From assembly GCA_964016885.1 (NCBI GenBank), contig OZ024758.1, positions 39,804,001 through 39,868,000 of the forward strand: a stretch of DNA of 64,000 nt. Reading direction: 5' to 3'. Of the stretch, positions 61,275 to 64,000 are shown one piece after another; position 1 is the first letter of the stretch; each line of letters begins with the position of its first letter. The position numbers were made by a program, and so were the translations under genes. The stretch is from Eledone cirrhosa. Taxonomy: Eukaryota. Below the pieces are notes generated by a model that was not told the origin of the DNA, did no database searches, and was given only the letters and a program-made list of their open reading frames with translations.

Positions 61275-64000
61275 TCACCTTGACCGACCAGTCTGTCGGG
61301 CGTCCATTCAGCGCCGCTGGTCACAGCATGCCGTCCATTCCTCTCCGTATTGTGCTTTCCTCATCCATGTAGTCCCAATCATATTCCTAAAATTATCTGC
61401 CACCTTCACGGAGGCCTTCCGAGTGGTCGCTTCCACTCGCACGGGTACCACTCCGCAACTGCGCAGGTCCAGCGATTATCGGTGAACCGGGCAACGTGTC
61501 CAGCCCATCGGAACTTGCTGCGTATATATTGCGCGATGACGTCCCTCACACCGGACATCTGTCTGATGACTTCGCTCCTGATGTGCTCTCTCAACGAGAT
61601 TCCTAGCATTGATCTCTCCATGGCTCTTTGAGCCGTTACCAGCCTCTGCTCTTCTCTCTTCGTTGTAGCCCAAGTTTCACTGCCATATAACATTGCAGGT
61701 AAAACTGTGCTATTGAAGGGGTTGGCGCGGGTGGTCTTGTCCAACCTCCCCTTGAGCACATCCCTTATGCCGCTGAACGCCTTCCATCCGGCCCTTACTC
61801 TCTGCGAGATCAGCCTCTCAATGTCTCAGCGCATGTTCACTTCTTGTCCTAGGTAGACGTATTCCTCCACCTCCTCTATTTCATCACAGCCAACCACCAT
61901 TCGACCTGTTGGTACGTCGGACCGCATGAAGTTCGTTTTCATGCTGTTCATCTTGAGGCCTACTGCAGATCTTTTGATGTCGAGCTCCGTCAGCATGGTC
62001 TGAAGCCGATCCGTGGTTTCAGCGATGAGTACGATGTCATCAGCGAAACGGATGTGGGTAAGTATCTCCTCATTGATGGTGACACCGCCTTGCCAGTCAA
62101 TGCCTCTGATGATCTGCTCGAGACACGCGGTGAAAACTTTTGGAGAGATCGTATCTCCTTGCTTCACTCCCTTCTCGACCGGCACTCGTACGGGTGATGA
62201 CAGCAGAGCTGTGTCGGTGGTGCATCCGGAATTCGCCTCCTTGAGCAGTTGAACGTATTGCGCCTCGACTCCTTGCCTCTGCAGCGAGTTCAGCACTGCG
62301 TTGATTTCGACGCTGTCGAAGGCCTTCTTGTAGTCTACGAACGCGACGCAAAGAGGCATCTTGTACTCTTTTGCTTGCTCAAGCAGTTGTGTCAGAGTAA
62401 ATATGTGGTCCATCGTGCTGTAGTTCTTCCGGAAGCCGGCTTGCTCTTTCGGTTGCTGTTCGTCCAGATGATGTGATAACCTGTTCAGGATTATCTTCGT
62501 GAACAGCTTGTACACGTGAGACAGCAGGAATATGGGTCGGTAGTTCTTCAGATCTTCTCTATCGCCCTTCTTTTATAGCAGGATGGTATTCGACTCTTTC
62601 CACTGCGAGGGTATTCTTCCCTCGTCCAGATCGTGTGTGAATCGCTCGGCGAGGATTTTCCAGAGCTGCTCTCCGCCTGACTTCAACACCTCCGATGTTA
62701 TGCCGTCTTTCCCTGGCGCCTTTCCGCTTTTCATTACACCGACGGCTCTTTCGACCTCACCGACAAGGATGGGTGGCACATTTTCTTCCTGTTGGAGTGA
62801 CGGCAACGGCTGCACATTCCCGGCAGACTTGAAGAGCTTGGTGTAGAAGTCTTCGTAAATCTTTTCCATCTCATTCTTGTCGCTGACCGGTACTCCAGCT
62901 GTGTTCTTCAGGGTCGTCACCTCCGATCTGTACATTGCCATGTCCGTCTCGCATTTCTTGAGGCTCTTCTTTTCCTCTGCGGCCTTCAGGAGCTTCCCCA
63001 TCCGGTATGCCTCGAAGTCTCTCTTCAGTTGCCGTATCACTCTGCTGAGAAAGGAATATTCGAGGTGATTTTCAGGTGTCCTCTTCATAATCTTCCTCTT
63101 CTCAAGCAACTTCATAGTTTCCTCCCAGACTCTTCCCTTCCGCTCCTTCGGGCACACACCCTTAGCCTTCCTCAAGCACTCCTTCAGTTTCCTTATCAGT
63201 GAGTCGTAGTCAGCGTCTATGCCGTCTCCTTTACACCACTTTTCCTGCATGATGGCTTCCTGCTGCTGCGCCTCGTTGAAGACCCAGACGCGTTCTCCCT
63301 TCGACGCCAAATGCAGCGCCTTCTTCTCCCTCGTCCGATCGATGACGACCTTCGCCCTCACCAGACGATGATCACTGCCAGTGTTAAATGGCGTTATGAC
63401 GGAGACGTCCTGCAGTATACGTGGCTTGTCGACCAGGATGTAGTCGATCTCGTTTCCGTGCTCAGAATTTAGCGATACCCAGGTCCATCTTTTCTCCTCC
63501 TTCTTCCTGAATAGGCTGGTTCCGATGTAGAGCCGTCTCATCTCCGCCATGGTGACCAGACACTCTCCTCTCTCATTTCGATCTCCTAGGCCGAATTTTC
63601 CTACATACTCTTCCCCTTGCCGTCCCTGTCCGACCTTTGCGTTGAAGTCCCCCATCACGACGGTGTAAGTGGACTTCACAGCTAGCACTTTGTCTAGCTG
63701 GCGAGAGAATTCTTCCACTTCCTCGTCGTCGCTGGCACTTGTGGGAGCGTAGGTCTGGATGATCTTGAGGGTGGCCTTCCCTGAGAGGTTTATGTTCAGT
63801 ACACCAATCCGTGACGATATGAACTGGCAAGAAGTGACCTTCGAAGCCCATTCCTTGCTTACGATAAACCCTATACCAATCTGGCATCCTCTGCTTTCCC
63901 GAGTCGCACGGCGCATACATCTTGCCATCGGGAATTCGCCTCCTTCTTCTGGCGGGTCTCGCACAGCCCTAACACGTCCCACCTGATCTTCTTCTTCTCC
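61275..64000 (-). mobile_element. RTE-clade LINE, copy 2 (5' end off the window)
   Basis: ORFs 62573..63982, 61826..62515 and 61406..61759. Confidence 0.95.

Larger units (their letters stand above)
50291..64000 (+). repeat. Segmental duplication, copy 2 (runs off the window)
   Basis: Collinear with 20479-35189. Confidence 0.97.

Overview
AT-rich, repeat-saturated eukaryotic (animal) DNA, not prokaryotic. The SINE families, RTE LINEs, (TA/CA)n microsatellites and 'PYHCDICG' C2H2 fingers resemble an octopus/coleoid cephalopod genome (inference). Contents: a Gypsy integrase remnant; a complete 4.46-kb hAT transposon (8-bp TSD) with an intact 905-aa transposase and a fragment of a second hAT transposase; a decayed C2H2 zinc-finger array; two 138-bp phase-1 EGF-like host exons on the minus strand; many RTE/CR1/Tx1 LINE fragments, tRNA-SINEs, piggyBac-type and Tc1-type MITEs; and several minisatellites, one of which grew out of an RTE 3' end and has a 14-mer higher-order period. 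A segmental duplication of at least 14 kb (~20479-35189 vs ~50291-64000+) carries a composite Helitron and a near full-length RTE. Less obvious signals are five hammerhead-ribozyme-like motifs (Penelope-type), a CTAG|TC head-to-tail Helitron junction and a 5S rRNA fragment embedded in a LINE tail. All calls were made by eye, and boundaries of degenerate repeats are approximate.
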